A stretch of 46,993 nucleotides of DNA from a virus (taxonomy: Duplodnaviria; Caudoviricetes). The notes beneath the pieces were generated by a model. The model was not told the origin of the DNA. It searched no databases and worked only from the letters and a program-made list of their open reading frames with translations. The stretch's first letter is position 1. Each line of letters opens with the position of its first letter. The DNA is taken from IMG/VR virus record IMGVR_UViG_3300036798_000299, positions 1-46,993 of that record, one strand, 5' to 3'. Both the position numbers and the translations under genes were made by a program. Positions 9,118 to 19,070 of this stretch are shown here, piece after piece.

Positions 9118-10159
9118 TGAGCACCCCCGTGTTTTCGGCTACTAACGTAGTGCCGGAGAAGCTATCGAACGCCTGTTGACTACACGTACTTGCCGTCGCT
9201 CCAATCGTCATTCCACCATGAATAGCTGCCGGCCACGTCCATGTCCACGGACCACCTGCGCCAGGCTGACATATCTGGATTATTACGCGTTCTCCTTTGT
9301 AAATCGTAGGAGCAGACGCTGTCGTATTCGCGCTTAGAGTATACGTTTGCAGTACATCAGTTGTGAGATTAACGGTTGCCCCAGGCGAAAAAGTTACAGG
9401 TGAATATGAAACCGCGCCTTTTACGAAAACTGTATGATCACCAATAGAGAAGCCAGGAGCGAATACCGCAGCGTTGGTCCCACCTCCCGTAGTTGCACCG
9501 ATGCCAAGTTGTAATTCTAAAGTATTGGCAGGAGTTAACATAGGACCTCCGCTGCCGCCGTTTTCAGCGAGTCCTGTACCGATCACGTAACCTGTCATTA
9601 CACCATCGAATACCTCCATCGCCGCTCCGAGGGCTGATCCCCCTGTAATGCCTGAAAGCTGCGATAGCGGGTATCTACTATTGATCGAATCCGAGAAAGT
9701 AAGGCAAGGGCCACTGGTACACAAAAATATCTTAGTCGAGTTTAAGTTGAGACCGAAGGTTGGATCGGAATTGATCGTACTACCATCGTGAAAAGTGATT
9801 CCTACATCATCAGTGGTGAATGCGAGACTATGAAGTACAAGATCCGGATTTACGACCACCGTCGTAGCCCCAGACGTGCCACCGACGGTTATCGTACCGT
9901 TCGGGCTCGTGATCGTACCAGTACCACCACCAGGAGGACATCCTGTAGGTACCCACTGGTGACTCGTGGTATTGTAACAGAGGATACCAACAAGCGATGG
10001 CGTATAGGTCGGTGGATACGCAGCTGTGGTAGATGTCGTTGTAACGTTCGTCCAGTTTACACCATCAGACGAATTCATTAAACCTACAAGCGAAGGCGTC
10101 GACTGTGCTTTTACCATCACAGCAAAGGCCAACATGCCGAGTATTACAAGTCTTTTCAT
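9104..10159 (-). CDS. Tail-fibre-like protein with Sec signal peptide
   Basis: Start MKRLVILGMLAFAVMVKA|Q at 10159. G/T-rich shaft; C-terminal TYTLSANTT...GERVIIQICQPGAGGPWTWTWP resembles a common fibre tip domain. Confidence 0.65.
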   Translation of the reverse strand: MKRLVILGMLAFAVMVKAQSTPSLVGLMNSSDGVNWTNVTTTSTTAAYPPTYTPSLVGILCYNTTSHQWVPTGCPPGGGTGTITSPNGTITVGGTSGATTVVVNPDLVLHSLAFTTDDVGITFHDGSTINSDPTFGLNLNSTKIFLCTSGPCLTFSDSINSRYPLSQLSGITGGSALGAAMEVFDGVMTGYVIGTGLAENGGSGGPMLTPANTLELQLGIGATTGGGTNAAVFAPGFSIGDHTVFVKGAVSYSPVTFSPGATVNLTTDVLQTYTLSANTTASAPTIYKGERVIIQICQPGAGGPWTWTWPAAIHGGMTIGATASTCSQQAFDSFSGTTLVAENTGVLNVAP

Positions 10160-10170
10160 TACGCGCCTCG

Positions 10171-11595
10171 TTATAGGTGCACTCCAATGCACGTGATAGT
10201 ACCGATAGAAGCGGCCTGTCCGCTACCCTTACTAACTGTTATCGCGTCGACGCTAGTAGTCGTTTGATTTTGAGTTCCCATAAGAGCGACTGAGTTAGGT
10301 TCCGAAGATGAACCACCTACATAAGGCGGGAGTCCGTTACATGCCACTGTATAGGTCGTGTTCGCGAATGCTGCGTTCCACGTTACCGTCGTAGTGCAGG
10401 TATTACCGGTTCCAACCGTCGTCGAGCAACCTGCCGCGGAACCTGTACGAATGATAGTAGGTCTTACCGCTCCGTCAGTAAGACCACCATTTGCGTCCCA
10501 TATGGCGACGTTACCGTTCGTTCCTGAGGCATTCGTCGTAGCGAATTTCGTATCGGTTCCTGCGACGCTTAACGTCATCGCGAGTGTGCCACCAGTAGTG
10601 ACTGGCGAACCTGCGACGGAAATTAACGTCGTGTTCGACGACGAAAGGCCTACCGACGTAACGCTACCGTTACCACTACACGCACTTCCAGTTACGAGAC
10701 AAACCGCGCCTGTACCGCTAGCCCCGTTCGAGAGGTCAGACGCACCCATAACGTGCCCTTGAACGAAGTAGTTAAACGCTTCGACATTCGAATTAAACGA
10801 TGCTGACGTACCAATAAGCGGACCTGTAAGTGTACCGCCGACGAGAGGCAAGTACGCTCCACCTATCGAGTTGACTTGGTTGACCGTCGCAGCGTCGTTA
10901 CCAGTTCCCCCGCCGGGAAGGACGATCTGTCCCGTGAACGTACAACCTGTGAGCGGACAAAAAGGTCCACCAGGAAGTGTGTTCGTGAAACTCAGCGCTC
11001 CGTTCGTGGCGAGCAAGAACCCGTTCGCGCTTGGTAGGAACGTAATCGTATGCGTGTAGATGTTCGCATAGTACGCCTGCGAGTTGCCAAACGTAAAGAC
11101 ACCGTTTGTCGAGGGAATGACGTTCCCCTGAATGACCGGTGCCGTGATCATCGAGTACTGCGGAATAATCGAAACGATAGGACAGAAAACCGGATTGTTA
11201 ATATTGTACGGTCCTGGTGTCGCGATACATTCCTGCGCGACCTGATTCGTGTTCTGGTTGTTCGGGTTGAACGTAACGTTATACGTCGTATTCGCAGGTG
11301 AGATAAGATCATTTCCCCAAACGACGCAAGGACCGCTATTGAGTACGTTCTGCAGCGTACCGTCGGGCTTAATGTTGCACGTCACTGACTGAGGCGCGAC
11401 AGTCGTTAAACCTGGTATAGTGTAGTGTATCGACGACGACTGTGGTTGGATATCAAATACAACGGTACCACTCGTGGCTGGGTTCCCTCCCGCGTCACTG
11501 ATGGTACCGTTAATTGGTACAGGCGACTGTCCCGAACTAGCCGTCGCTAAAGCCAATACGACGAGTACGAGCGGTATGTACTTTCGAATATTCAT
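10171..11595 (-). CDS. Tail fibre protein with Sec signal peptide
   Basis: MNIRKYIPLVLVVLALATASSG|Q. Fibre motifs YLPLVGGTLTGPL, GSVTSVGLS, VAGSPVTTGGTL; C-terminal TVTWNAAFANTTYTV. Confidence 0.75.
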   Translation of the reverse strand: MNIRKYIPLVLVVLALATASSGQSPVPINGTISDAGGNPATSGTVVFDIQPQSSSIHYTIPGLTTVAPQSVTCNIKPDGTLQNVLNSGPCVVWGNDLISPANTTYNVTFNPNNQNTNQVAQECIATPGPYNINNPVFCPIVSIIPQYSMITAPVIQGNVIPSTNGVFTFGNSQAYYANIYTHTITFLPSANGFLLATNGALSFTNTLPGGPFCPLTGCTFTGQIVLPGGGTGNDAATVNQVNSIGGAYLPLVGGTLTGPLIGTSASFNSNVEAFNYFVQGHVMGASDLSNGASGTGAVCLVTGSACSGNGSVTSVGLSSSNTTLISVAGSPVTTGGTLAMTLSVAGTDTKFATTNASGTNGNVAIWDANGGLTDGAVRPTIIRTGSAAGCSTTVGTGNTCTTTVTWNAAFANTTYTVACNGLPPYVGGSSSEPNSVALMGTQNQTTTSVDAITVSKGSGQAASIGTITCIGVHL

Positions 11596-11604
11596 GCGCG
11601 CGCC

Positions 11605-11883
11605 TCAGTCGAAATAGACAAGTAGAAAGCCGTCGGTATGAACAACCTCCTGGAGACCCTGCACCCAACCAACAGTACCAGACCTTTGATTTTCGCCTGT
11701 CGAGTTACCCGTACAGGACCATAGGAGATCTCCAAGTTGGTTTGCGATCGTTACAACTGAAGCTGTTCCGTTCGCATATTCGACGAATTCGAAATGCTTA
11801 ACCTTTATTTGGGTCTTCAGTAGGACGACGCTCAACGACGAACCGTCGAGCACCATAGGGTTCTGCGCTAGCAAGTTCGCCAT
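11605..11883 (-). CDS. Small virion protein
   Basis: GGAG RBS before the ATG at 11883; 92 aa, beta-rich; lies between head and fibre genes. Confidence 0.6.
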   Translation of the reverse strand: MANLLAQNPMVLDGSSLSVVLLKTQIKVKHFEFVEYANGTASVVTIANQLGDLLWSCTGNSTGENQRSGTVGWVQGLQEVVHTDGFLLVYFD

Positions 11884-11898
11884 TTGTCTTCTCCGTCG

Positions 11899-11937
11899 CG
11901 TCCAGTGGAGCGTCGTATCGCTTCGCTCCACCAGACG
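11899..11937 (-). terminator. Strong stem-loop after the head genes (attenuator or mRNA-stabilising hairpin)
   Basis: Minus strand CGTCTGGTGGAGCG ... CGCTCCACTGGACG, a 14-bp stem with G.U pairs and no U-tract. Confidence 0.5.
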
Positions 11938-11943
11938 TTCAGT

Positions 11944-12627
11944 TTAGGTGAAGTTGAATAGTACGTGCGCACCCAGACCAGCGATCGCAACCGTGCCTGT
12001 GCTCGCCATCGTTATGGCGAGTTCAATTTCAAACACGCCCATATCGTCAGTGAACATTGCCGGAGTTGGGATCGTTACTCCCTGAGAGGCGTACAACCCT
12101 GCGCCATTCGTTGCTAGCGAACCGAGCGCTGTCGCAGCTAGCAAATCCGTTTGGACAGGTGCGACGGCCGCTGCCCCGATAGCAGGAAATACTGTTTTCC
12201 CTACTCTCAGCGTTGCAGCAGTCAACGCGGCTACACCCACATTCATATTGACGAACACGTTCGTAAGTGCGATACCCTTAGGTCCGGCGGAGGGTGGCGT
12301 AGTACCAACTGTGCCGTACCTGTAGGTTTCGCCGATTCGTGTGAAATCGAACGTCGTGCGAACAAAATAACTTTCCACACCTGCAGCCGTTCGATTAAGT
12401 GTCCAGAGACCGTTACTCACTCGCGTGGTTAAAAGGTTTGCGGAGTTCGCAACAAGTGCGTTACCCGGCGTAGCGATAACGAGCCCGTCGAGGTGAGGAA
12501 GCCGCGACATTAAGCGGCCTCCTTTGAAGTTGTTGAACGTCAGCGTTGCAACCTGCGCGGGTGTTATCACACCGGTCGTAAAAGGATCTGACGTTATGAA
12601 ATCCTCAATGTCTTCTGAGTACGCCAT
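11944..12627 (-). CDS. Head decoration / minor capsid protein (second in-frame start at 12510)
   Basis: Directly follows the MCP; T/A/G-rich beta protein; AAGGAG RBS at the first start and AAAGGAGG RBS at the internal start. Confidence 0.55.
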   Translation of the reverse strand: MAYSEDIEDFITSDPFTTGVITPAQVATLTFNNFKGGRLMSRLPHLDGLVIATPGNALVANSANLLTTRVSNGLWTLNRTAAGVESYFVRTTFDFTRIGETYRYGTVGTTPPSAGPKGIALTNVFVNMNVGVAALTAATLRVGKTVFPAIGAAAVAPVQTDLLAATALGSLATNGAGLYASQGVTIPTPAMFTDDMGVFEIELAITMASTGTVAIAGLGAHVLFNFT

Positions 12628-12638
12628 TATGTCTCCTT

Positions 12639-13529
12639 CTACTGACCCGGTGAGCCGCTGAGTCCGTGCCAGTAAGTAACGCCGGCAACGAACCGGAAGA
12701 ACGTCGAGAACGACGAGCCCTTCGTGTTGAAGTCGTCCTGGCTGTCGAACTCAGGCTGTGTACGCCAGAAATACTTCAACGTGTGACTGCTCTTGCGTGA
12801 AGCAACCCAGAAGGCGGTCGGAGACACGAGATAGTGATCGGTTAAAGGGTTCAGACGTCCTTGTACCGAGTTAACCTCGTTCGTACCGCTGTAGGGCTTG
12901 TACGCGCTGTGGAGGATCTCCTGTGCCTTGAACTGGAGATCGACGGGAATGATGGTATCTTCGGGCATCGCTCTCTTGATGAGACCGCGCTCGTTGACCA
13001 TCTTTTCGAAGATCAACAGCTGCTCCTGAATACCGCTGACGCTAAACGCCATGTTCGTAGCGCTTGCGTTCGAGTAACTGCCGCCACCAAGAAGAGGGTG
13101 AGTACCAATCAATATGCCGCCATCGATCGACTTCTGCGTCGTGAAACTATTGACGAGAATGCCGATCGCGCCGGTTTCGATTGTTTGACGGATGGAACCA
13201 GCGAAATCCTGCGAGACCTTCCGCATGATTCCATACTGGTCGTCATCCCACATCTCACGCGTGACCTGGAAACCCATACCGTAAGATACGGGCTGATAAC
13301 GAACGGTACCGCCTTGAATGGCGTTATCGTAAGCGATCGGCGTACCTTCAGGCTTAGGTGGAACTGCTCCAAGTCCTGCGACAAGCTGATCTTCCTCGTA
13401 TGCCTTTGTCGTGGGGTATACGTTGAAGAACTGCTGATACTCCTCAGGATGCATCTCCAGATCTTCGTAGATAACCGAAAATAGACCTGGTGCGAGGAGC
13501 TGACTAAACTGCCCACGTGTCGCGGCCAT
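12639..13529 (-). CDS. Major capsid protein (HK97 fold, Mu gpT-like family)
   Basis: LLAPGL...KAYEED...G.G..P.K.EG..I.YD...YGMGFQVTREMWDDDQYG...HPL; 296 aa. Confidence 0.9.
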   Translation of the reverse strand: MAATRGQFSQLLAPGLFSVIYEDLEMHPEEYQQFFNVYPTTKAYEEDQLVAGLGAVPPKPEGTPIAYDNAIQGGTVRYQPVSYGMGFQVTREMWDDDQYGIMRKVSQDFAGSIRQTIETGAIGILVNSFTTQKSIDGGILIGTHPLLGGGSYSNASATNMAFSVSGIQEQLLIFEKMVNERGLIKRAMPEDTIIPVDLQFKAQEILHSAYKPYSGTNEVNSVQGRLNPLTDHYLVSPTAFWVASRKSSHTLKYFWRTQPEFDSQDDFNTKGSSFSTFFRFVAGVTYWHGLSGSPGQ

Positions 13530-14144
13530 TTATGCCTCCCCTTGCTGTGCAGCCTTGGTAAAGCGGAATTCAACACGCCCGTGCAGCGTGCCGACCGGAT
13601 CGATAAGGCTTACGATCTGAACGCAACCGCCGAGAGCAGTCGTGTTCTTCACCATATCGACGTACCAGAAGAGCGTCGTTGCATCCTGCGTCAGACCCAT
13701 GAGTGAATCAACCATGTTCTGTGCGAGGATAGCGTTCGCGTCTGTAGTATTGTTGCCGAGAAGACCGACAAACGTCGTCTGATCCATCGCGAGATAGAGT
13801 CCGACAGTTCCGTCGTTCGGAGGGGCACCGATCGGCGTTACAACGGCACCTGGTTGGTTGGGAACCTTATACGTAAGGTTCTGCGTCTGTGCTACACCAC
13901 TCGACGCCAAGTTCGACGCCGCTTCCTGTGATATACCCTGGATAAGTGCAGTAGCGGCGTTAGTCATCGCAGGGCATGCAATGATATAGCCTGAAGCTCC
14001 CGCTACATCGATTTGAACCGGCGTCCCTTGCTGGAACGTCTGTCCCGCCTTCTCGGCCATTCGCTGGGTCGGTTGTGTTCCCGCCCCTGTGAGTGTGACT
14101 CGATACGGCGTGATCTGAGTTGCTACACCAACAGTCGCAGCCAC
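13530..14144 (-). CDS. Capsid cement/decoration protein
   Basis: 204 aa directly upstream of the MCP; EKAGQTFQQGTPV motif; GTG start with GAGAGGA RBS. Confidence 0.6.
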   Translation of the reverse strand: MAATVGVATQITPYRVTLTGAGTQPTQRMAEKAGQTFQQGTPVQIDVAGASGYIIACPAMTNAATALIQGISQEAASNLASSGVAQTQNLTYKVPNQPGAVVTPIGAPPNDGTVGLYLAMDQTTFVGLLGNNTTDANAILAQNMVDSLMGLTQDATTLFWYVDMVKNTTALGGCVQIVSLIDPVGTLHGRVEFRFTKAAQQGEA

Positions 14145-14162
14145 GTCGTTTCCTCTCTTTGG

Positions 14163-14630
14163 TTACTTGCTGAACTGGAACGTAGGCACGCCAGCTTTTT
14201 CTGCTTCGATGAGAAAGTTGTCCTTCGCTGCACGCTTCATGGCCTCGTGACGTTCCTCGATATCCATGAGTGCGAATTCGTAAATTTCTTCCGGGCATTG
14301 GGCTAAGACTACGTCGCCTATGACGTATGTACCATCTTGACGAAGACCGCTAGCAATGATCAAGGGTTTAGCCTTATTGGCGAGGACATCAGCGACGTTA
14401 GGCTCGCGCACGATCGTATAACCGATAATGTCGAGTCGAGTCATCTCGCTGCTGTCATCCTTAGGCGCCCAGAAATAATGGATGCCTGGCTTACCCTTGA
14501 CTGCGAACCGCGAACTTGCGGCTGCTTGACGGTACTTTTCGTAGCGTGCTTTTCGCTCTTCCTGTGAAAGAGGTGTTGCTGGTGGTGCGCTTTGAACGTT
14601 CGGCGTAGAGGGCTTAATAGGTTCGGTCAT
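14163..14630 (-). CDS. Conserved head-module protein
   Basis: 155 aa, PGIHYFW...GYTIV...GDVVLAQCPEE pattern; lies between scaffold and capsid genes. Confidence 0.6.
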   Translation of the reverse strand: MTEPIKPSTPNVQSAPPATPLSQEERKARYEKYRQAAASSRFAVKGKPGIHYFWAPKDDSSEMTRLDIIGYTIVREPNVADVLANKAKPLIIASGLRQDGTYVIGDVVLAQCPEEIYEFALMDIEERHEAMKRAAKDNFLIEAEKAGVPTFQFSK

Positions 14631-15334
14631 GACGGCCTCCGGTTATCAAGGGTTAGAGGGAACTTATTATTGCGCATGTTCTCTTCACCCTTGCGGTATG
14701 TTTCGGTGGTAATACCAAGACCGTTGACAACACGCATTTCGTCGGCGGTTAGAATTCGTGGTGGCATGGGCGGCGTAGCTCCTCCTGATGGCGGTTCCGC
14801 GCTCGACCTCGCAGCCGCTTCTGCTGCTTGCTCTTCGGCTTGAATCGTGCCGAGGTTCGCGCCAAGCGCTGCGTTATATGCCGTCTCCCAAAAGTTCGTA
14901 TCGAGAGCTTCGAGACCAACGTTCTGCGTCATACCCGTGATGATCGGATCCAAACGCGCCCAGTATTTCTTCCCTTGCTTCGCACGATCCTTCGCCGTGT
15001 CGATCAAGTTCTGACGTACCGCGCCTGTCATCTGATTCCACTCTGATCGCGACACGCTCTCGCGGTTGATCATTTCACGCGTCGTACCAAGTGGGTCACG
15101 CTCGAAGTCTTCGCCCGTAGGTTGACGTGATTCACGCGCCGGTGGCGGGGGTTCGTTACGACTACCCGCTGAGGCATTCGCTATCGCCGTCTGTGCGTTG
15201 GCGAGGATCGTTCGTTCGCGATCCTGATAATACATCGCGATCTGTTGGGGTGTTCGCCCTTGTAGTTCGGACGGAAGACCTCCGCCATTATTCGGCGGTA
15301 CGCGCTCTGCTGGATCAAATACTGGGTCAGGCAT
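14627..15334 (-). CDS. Capsid scaffolding protein
   Basis: 235 aa, helical with P-rich linkers; C-terminal LTADEMRVVNGLGITTETY is typical of scaffold tips; follows the portal. Confidence 0.7.
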   Translation of the reverse strand: MPDPVFDPAERVPPNNGGGLPSELQGRTPQQIAMYYQDRERTILANAQTAIANASAGSRNEPPPPARESRQPTGEDFERDPLGTTREMINRESVSRSEWNQMTGAVRQNLIDTAKDRAKQGKKYWARLDPIITGMTQNVGLEALDTNFWETAYNAALGANLGTIQAEEQAAEAAARSSAEPPSGGATPPMPPRILTADEMRVVNGLGITTETYRKGEENMRNNKFPLTLDNRRPS

Positions 15335-15542
15335 GTTGTTTCTCCTTAAGTGGTTCGTCCTTCTCTTCGAGACGCTTGTCTACCTCAGTGGGTAGGTTTT
15401 CCAGAATCTTCAACATCGTAAGCTTCCCGTTGATGAAGACCACTTCCTCGTTCGTGCTACTGCGTTGGAGCTCCCTGACGCATACTGCTCGTAAGCGCTC
15501 CAAGTTGTCCAGATAGATCACGTAGTTGGCCGACCGAAACAT
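15327..15542 (-). CDS. Small helical protein between portal and scaffold
   Basis: MFRSANY...INGKLTMLKILENLP; GAGGG before the ATG at 15542; overlaps the portal 3' end. Confidence 0.55.
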   Translation of the reverse strand: MFRSANYVIYLDNLERLRAVCVRELQRSSTNEEVVFINGKLTMLKILENLPTEVDKRLEEKDEPLKEKQHA

Positions 15543-17403
15543 CACCCTCAGGCTCAGGAAGTCCTGATTGGGCGGCGGCGCCAGGCTGAGCTCCAGGCTG
15601 TCCTTGACCCGCTTGAGGTCCTCCAAGCACTTTCCGCAAGTCTGGTAGTAGTTTGTCTCTATCACCGATATCGAAAACGAAAAGAAGTCGGTTAGCGAGG
15701 TCTCGGGCTCCGTCCATAACTTGGAGCATAATTTGAGAAAAGGGGCTGTCAGGCGGGGCTTGCGCAATGGTTTGGGCAGCTTGGACCAACTCGTGATAAT
15801 ACGAAGACATTGTATTAGCCATAAGCAAGAGCCCAGACCGATCAGTCTCGCGATTTGCGCCAGCGTCAGAGGCTGATAGTTCGAAGAAGGTTTTACCTCC
15901 AACGAGTACACTGTCTTTACTGAAGAGTTGTGTAAGGTTTGCGGCGTGTTCTCCCCACTGTTGCCAGTCATTTGGATCTCCGAAGTCCCTGTAGGACGTG
16001 TAAATGTTATTACCTACGGAGTTAAACGGCATGCGCAAGCGCTTGATGTAGATGTCAATACGCCGATTACCTTCTGCGATCATCGCGAGCGTTCCTTGAC
16101 TCGCGTACGAACCTCTCTTCCCGTTAACGCCAGCTCCCATACCCTGTAATGCCTGCGATACGCCCGTATAGCGCTCGGATAGTTGCAGGACGAAATTCTC
16201 CTCCTCGACCATGCTGTTATAGTTCGCACCCACGACGAGAGGCTGGAGATCGTCCATGTTATCGACTTCGAACATCTTACCGGGATACCATTCCGTCGAA
16301 GGGTTCGCGACATCGGCGTAACGCTTCTTCTTCCACGCAGGTACGTTCGCGATCATATTCGCATCACGTCGTCCGTTATGAATCTGCGCCTGCTCCTCTT
16401 GAGAGTCTTCGAGGATTTGTGGTATGCAGTCGCCGTAGAAGGAATCGTTACGTGGGATAAGACGATAGTCGATAAACGACTGTTGGAAAAGATCCGTACC
16501 GGGTTTATAGTACCACCGTAGGATACTCTTCTCGTCGTTGAATTTGGGATTAAAGACGCAGATAAGCGGGAACTTCTTGCCAGGCTCGAGTTGGTAATCG
16601 AAATGTGCTTCGACTGCGTCGTAAGGGCGTCCTACGTCGGGTGTAAGACTAATACCCGTTTCGTTTAGTTGCTGCTGGTTCGTGTTCGATCCTCCGACGG
16701 ATCCTTTACCATTGAGGAGAAGATCACATGCCTTTTCGTCCCATATCTTCGTCGCCTGGCGGTACTTAACTTCGTTCTCTGTTAGGCGAAGGCGTTGAAA
16801 CTTGATTTCGCAGAACTCGATACGTTTCGACGTAATCGGGTACGGAAAGAAGTCCTCAAACGCGACCGTTTCCATCTTTGCGCAAGTTTCATCGACACTC
16901 GACGTCGTGATCTTTCCGTTCTCTCCCCCTCGAACCGTAAAGAGCTTATCGACGTTCCACCATATCTTATCAACGACCGTACCTGTTTTGAACGTCTCGA
17001 GAATCGACGCATCAACAGTCGGGTACATCTGCATACGATTGAATGAGATATATTGCATCCACGCCGCTAGGGAGTTCAGCTGCTCCTGGGGTACATTCGA
17101 TAAAAAGGTAGTAGGGCGCCAGAAAGGACGGGTACCGTACAAAATACCTAACGTTCTCGCAGTCAGGATATCTACGTGCATCCGGATAAGTTGTGGAATA
17201 AAGTTGGAGGCGTTTGGGAATGGCGTCGACCTGATCTTCTGTCCAGGAATCGCATTGTAATTGTCTAGCCATTTTTTGTACTTCGAATCGATCTGTCCGC
17301 TTCTTGCCGCAACTGCGTCTTGGAAAGCCTTGACGAGGTACTGAACAACCTTCGCCTTCTGCTGAAGATGACCACCTTGAACTTCAACGATTGTTATAGG
17401 CAT
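15457..17403 (-). CDS. Portal protein (P22-like)
   Basis: 648 aa after terL; motifs PFPNASN, GTVVDKIWW, FYGDCIPQIL..SQEE...IHN.R.D, ERYTGVS..LQG. Confidence 0.9.
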   Translation of the reverse strand: MPITIVEVQGGHLQQKAKVVQYLVKAFQDAVAARSGQIDSKYKKWLDNYNAIPGQKIRSTPFPNASNFIPQLIRMHVDILTARTLGILYGTRPFWRPTTFLSNVPQEQLNSLAAWMQYISFNRMQMYPTVDASILETFKTGTVVDKIWWNVDKLFTVRGGENGKITTSSVDETCAKMETVAFEDFFPYPITSKRIEFCEIKFQRLRLTENEVKYRQATKIWDEKACDLLLNGKGSVGGSNTNQQQLNETGISLTPDVGRPYDAVEAHFDYQLEPGKKFPLICVFNPKFNDEKSILRWYYKPGTDLFQQSFIDYRLIPRNDSFYGDCIPQILEDSQEEQAQIHNGRRDANMIANVPAWKKKRYADVANPSTEWYPGKMFEVDNMDDLQPLVVGANYNSMVEEENFVLQLSERYTGVSQALQGMGAGVNGKRGSYASQGTLAMIAEGNRRIDIYIKRLRMPFNSVGNNIYTSYRDFGDPNDWQQWGEHAANLTQLFSKDSVLVGGKTFFELSASDAGANRETDRSGLLLMANTMSSYYHELVQAAQTIAQAPPDSPFSQIMLQVMDGARDLANRLLFVFDIGDRDKLLPDLRKVLGGPQAGQGQPGAQPGAAAQSGLPEPEGDVSVGQLRDLSGQLGALTSSMRQGAPTQ

Positions 17404-19070
17404 TAGGCGTACCCCCCATAAGATCGCTCGCTGTTAACGCGAGGTGGGTGAGCTGTGGTGAGTTCAGCCGTCTTTTCGAAGTCATCGCGCATCTCTTCCT
17501 CTGTCGAGGGTCGCCGAGATTCGTGCACAGCGTACGCGAGTGCGTCGGCTCCATCCTTAAGATAATAGTGTGGAAATGAGACGACCTGCGTACGCAACTG
17601 AACGTGCTGTCCGCCCTCGCCGAGATAGAGGCGCCCTTCCTCGACTGTCGTGCTAAGGAATAGACGAATGCGATCGTCCTTATCACGACCACCAGGAGGC
17701 GGTATACCTACGGGAATCAGCTTGCGGTGTTGCTTGCCGCAGATGATACATGTCTTGTAGAGCTGCTTCTCGAGAATGAATTCCTCGATCGTCTTCTGCG
17801 CACCAGCCTTTTCGTACTTGTTCATCGTGCAAACAAATTGATCGTTCGCAGTGTGCCAGTCTTCGATAATCGCTCTATAGCCGCAGTTCTTAAGGATGGG
17901 TTTGAGCACAAACTGACGGCCATCTGCAGCGGTACCAAGGACGATAATGGCGTTCTCGCAAGCAGCGCTCTTGCCACCTGATGATGGATCGAGAAACGTC
18001 GATCGATTGAGCTGCCAGAGGAAAATCTGTGGTGTTCCGTCTGACGGTATGAGGAGATTTCGACGACCATCTGGACCCTCCTTTATCTTGTACGATTTGA
18101 TTAAGTGTTCGGGAAAGTCCGCACCTGCTGGCGTTGACGGCGTGTTCCTATACTGACAAGAGAAAAGGTACGACTTTTGGCGCTGTAGAATGTCGGCGAG
18201 TACGTGGTTCGGGAGTCGTTCGGGGAACGTCGAGTTGCCCTCTTCATCGTAGATATCATACGCGAAGCACTTGACCCCGTGTGGGCGACCTTGATCGTCG
18301 ATGGAGAAGGGTGACTCTTCGAGGATCTCACCGTATAGATCAGCTCGACCGTGCTTCCAGCGGGTTCCCGCGAACACTTCCTCGAACTTCTCGGCTTCCT
18401 CTTGCAGGCCCGTTGCTAGCTTCCACCAGTCTTTCGCACGCTGCATTTCGGGCTCGGACTTCGCAGCCTCTTCGCCGATTGGATCGTCGTAGGAAATGCC
18501 CGTCCCATGCCAGCCGGTCGATTTCCCTCCAATGCCAATCGCCTTAAGAGTATTGTCGTCGTACGAGCCCGTCCTTGGTAAAAGGATCTCGTCGTCACGC
18601 CATACGGTCTTGTTAATGTCAGGTGGGATCAGTTCGGGGAACAACCAACGAAGCATATCGTTCTTCATTAGATGTTCTTTGATATTGACGATGTTACGAC
18701 GTACGCGTCCATCGCTTTCTCCAACCAGCAGCCAACGACGGTTGCGCGGATCGTGTTCTTCCTTCTCATAGTCGAAGAACTCATCGCCACCGCCTGCGTT
18801 ACGCCAGAGGAGGTAGCTTTTCGAAATGATCGACGATTTGAACGTACCACGAGCCCATAAGAACATTCGTCGCTGCATCCAAATCGACGTTTGGATCTCC
18901 TCGCACTTCGGCAGATGGTACGCGAGCGTCATGTCCTTGAAGCCCATGACGACCTTAGCGAAGTAATAGAGGGAGCTTAATGCCCGGCTGCGCAACTCCT
19001 CTCGCAGTTCATCGGCCTTACCTTCAGCTGCCGTCAAGAGGATCGGATGTATGTCGAGATTATTCCCCAT
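17403..19070 (-). CDS. terL: Terminase large subunit
   Basis: Walker A-like ARGTFKSS, Walker B SYDDP, GTRW, FSCQYRNTP, nuclease FLDPS and KDGADALAY. Probable start MGNNLD at 19070. Confidence 0.92.
   Translation of the reverse strand: MGNNLDIHPILLTAAEGKADELREELRSRALSSLYYFAKVVMGFKDMTLAYHLPKCEEIQTSIWMQRRMFLWARGTFKSSIISKSYLLWRNAGGGDEFFDYEKEEHDPRNRRWLLVGESDGRVRRNIVNIKEHLMKNDMLRWLFPELIPPDINKTVWRDDEILLPRTGSYDDNTLKAIGIGGKSTGWHGTGISYDDPIGEEAAKSEPEMQRAKDWWKLATGLQEEAEKFEEVFAGTRWKHGRADLYGEILEESPFSIDDQGRPHGVKCFAYDIYDEEGNSTFPERLPNHVLADILQRQKSYLFSCQYRNTPSTPAGADFPEHLIKSYKIKEGPDGRRNLLIPSDGTPQIFLWQLNRSTFLDPSSGGKSAACENAIIVLGTAADGRQFVLKPILKNCGYRAIIEDWHTANDQFVCTMNKYEKAGAQKTIEEFILEKQLYKTCIICGKQHRKLIPVGIPPPGGRDKDDRIRLFLSTTVEEGRLYLGEGGQHVQLRTQVVSFPHYYLKDGADALAYAVHESRRPSTEEEMRDDFEKTAELTTAHPPRVNSERSYGGYA

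Noticed and set aside
12628-12641. Stop-codon readthrough extending the capsid protein
   Set aside because: The TAG is followed by an in-frame TAA four codons later, and I see no slippery sequence.
15543-15971. Long 5' extension of ORF 15327-15971
   Set aside because: Fully overlaps the portal in another frame; only the last 71 codons look like a real gene.
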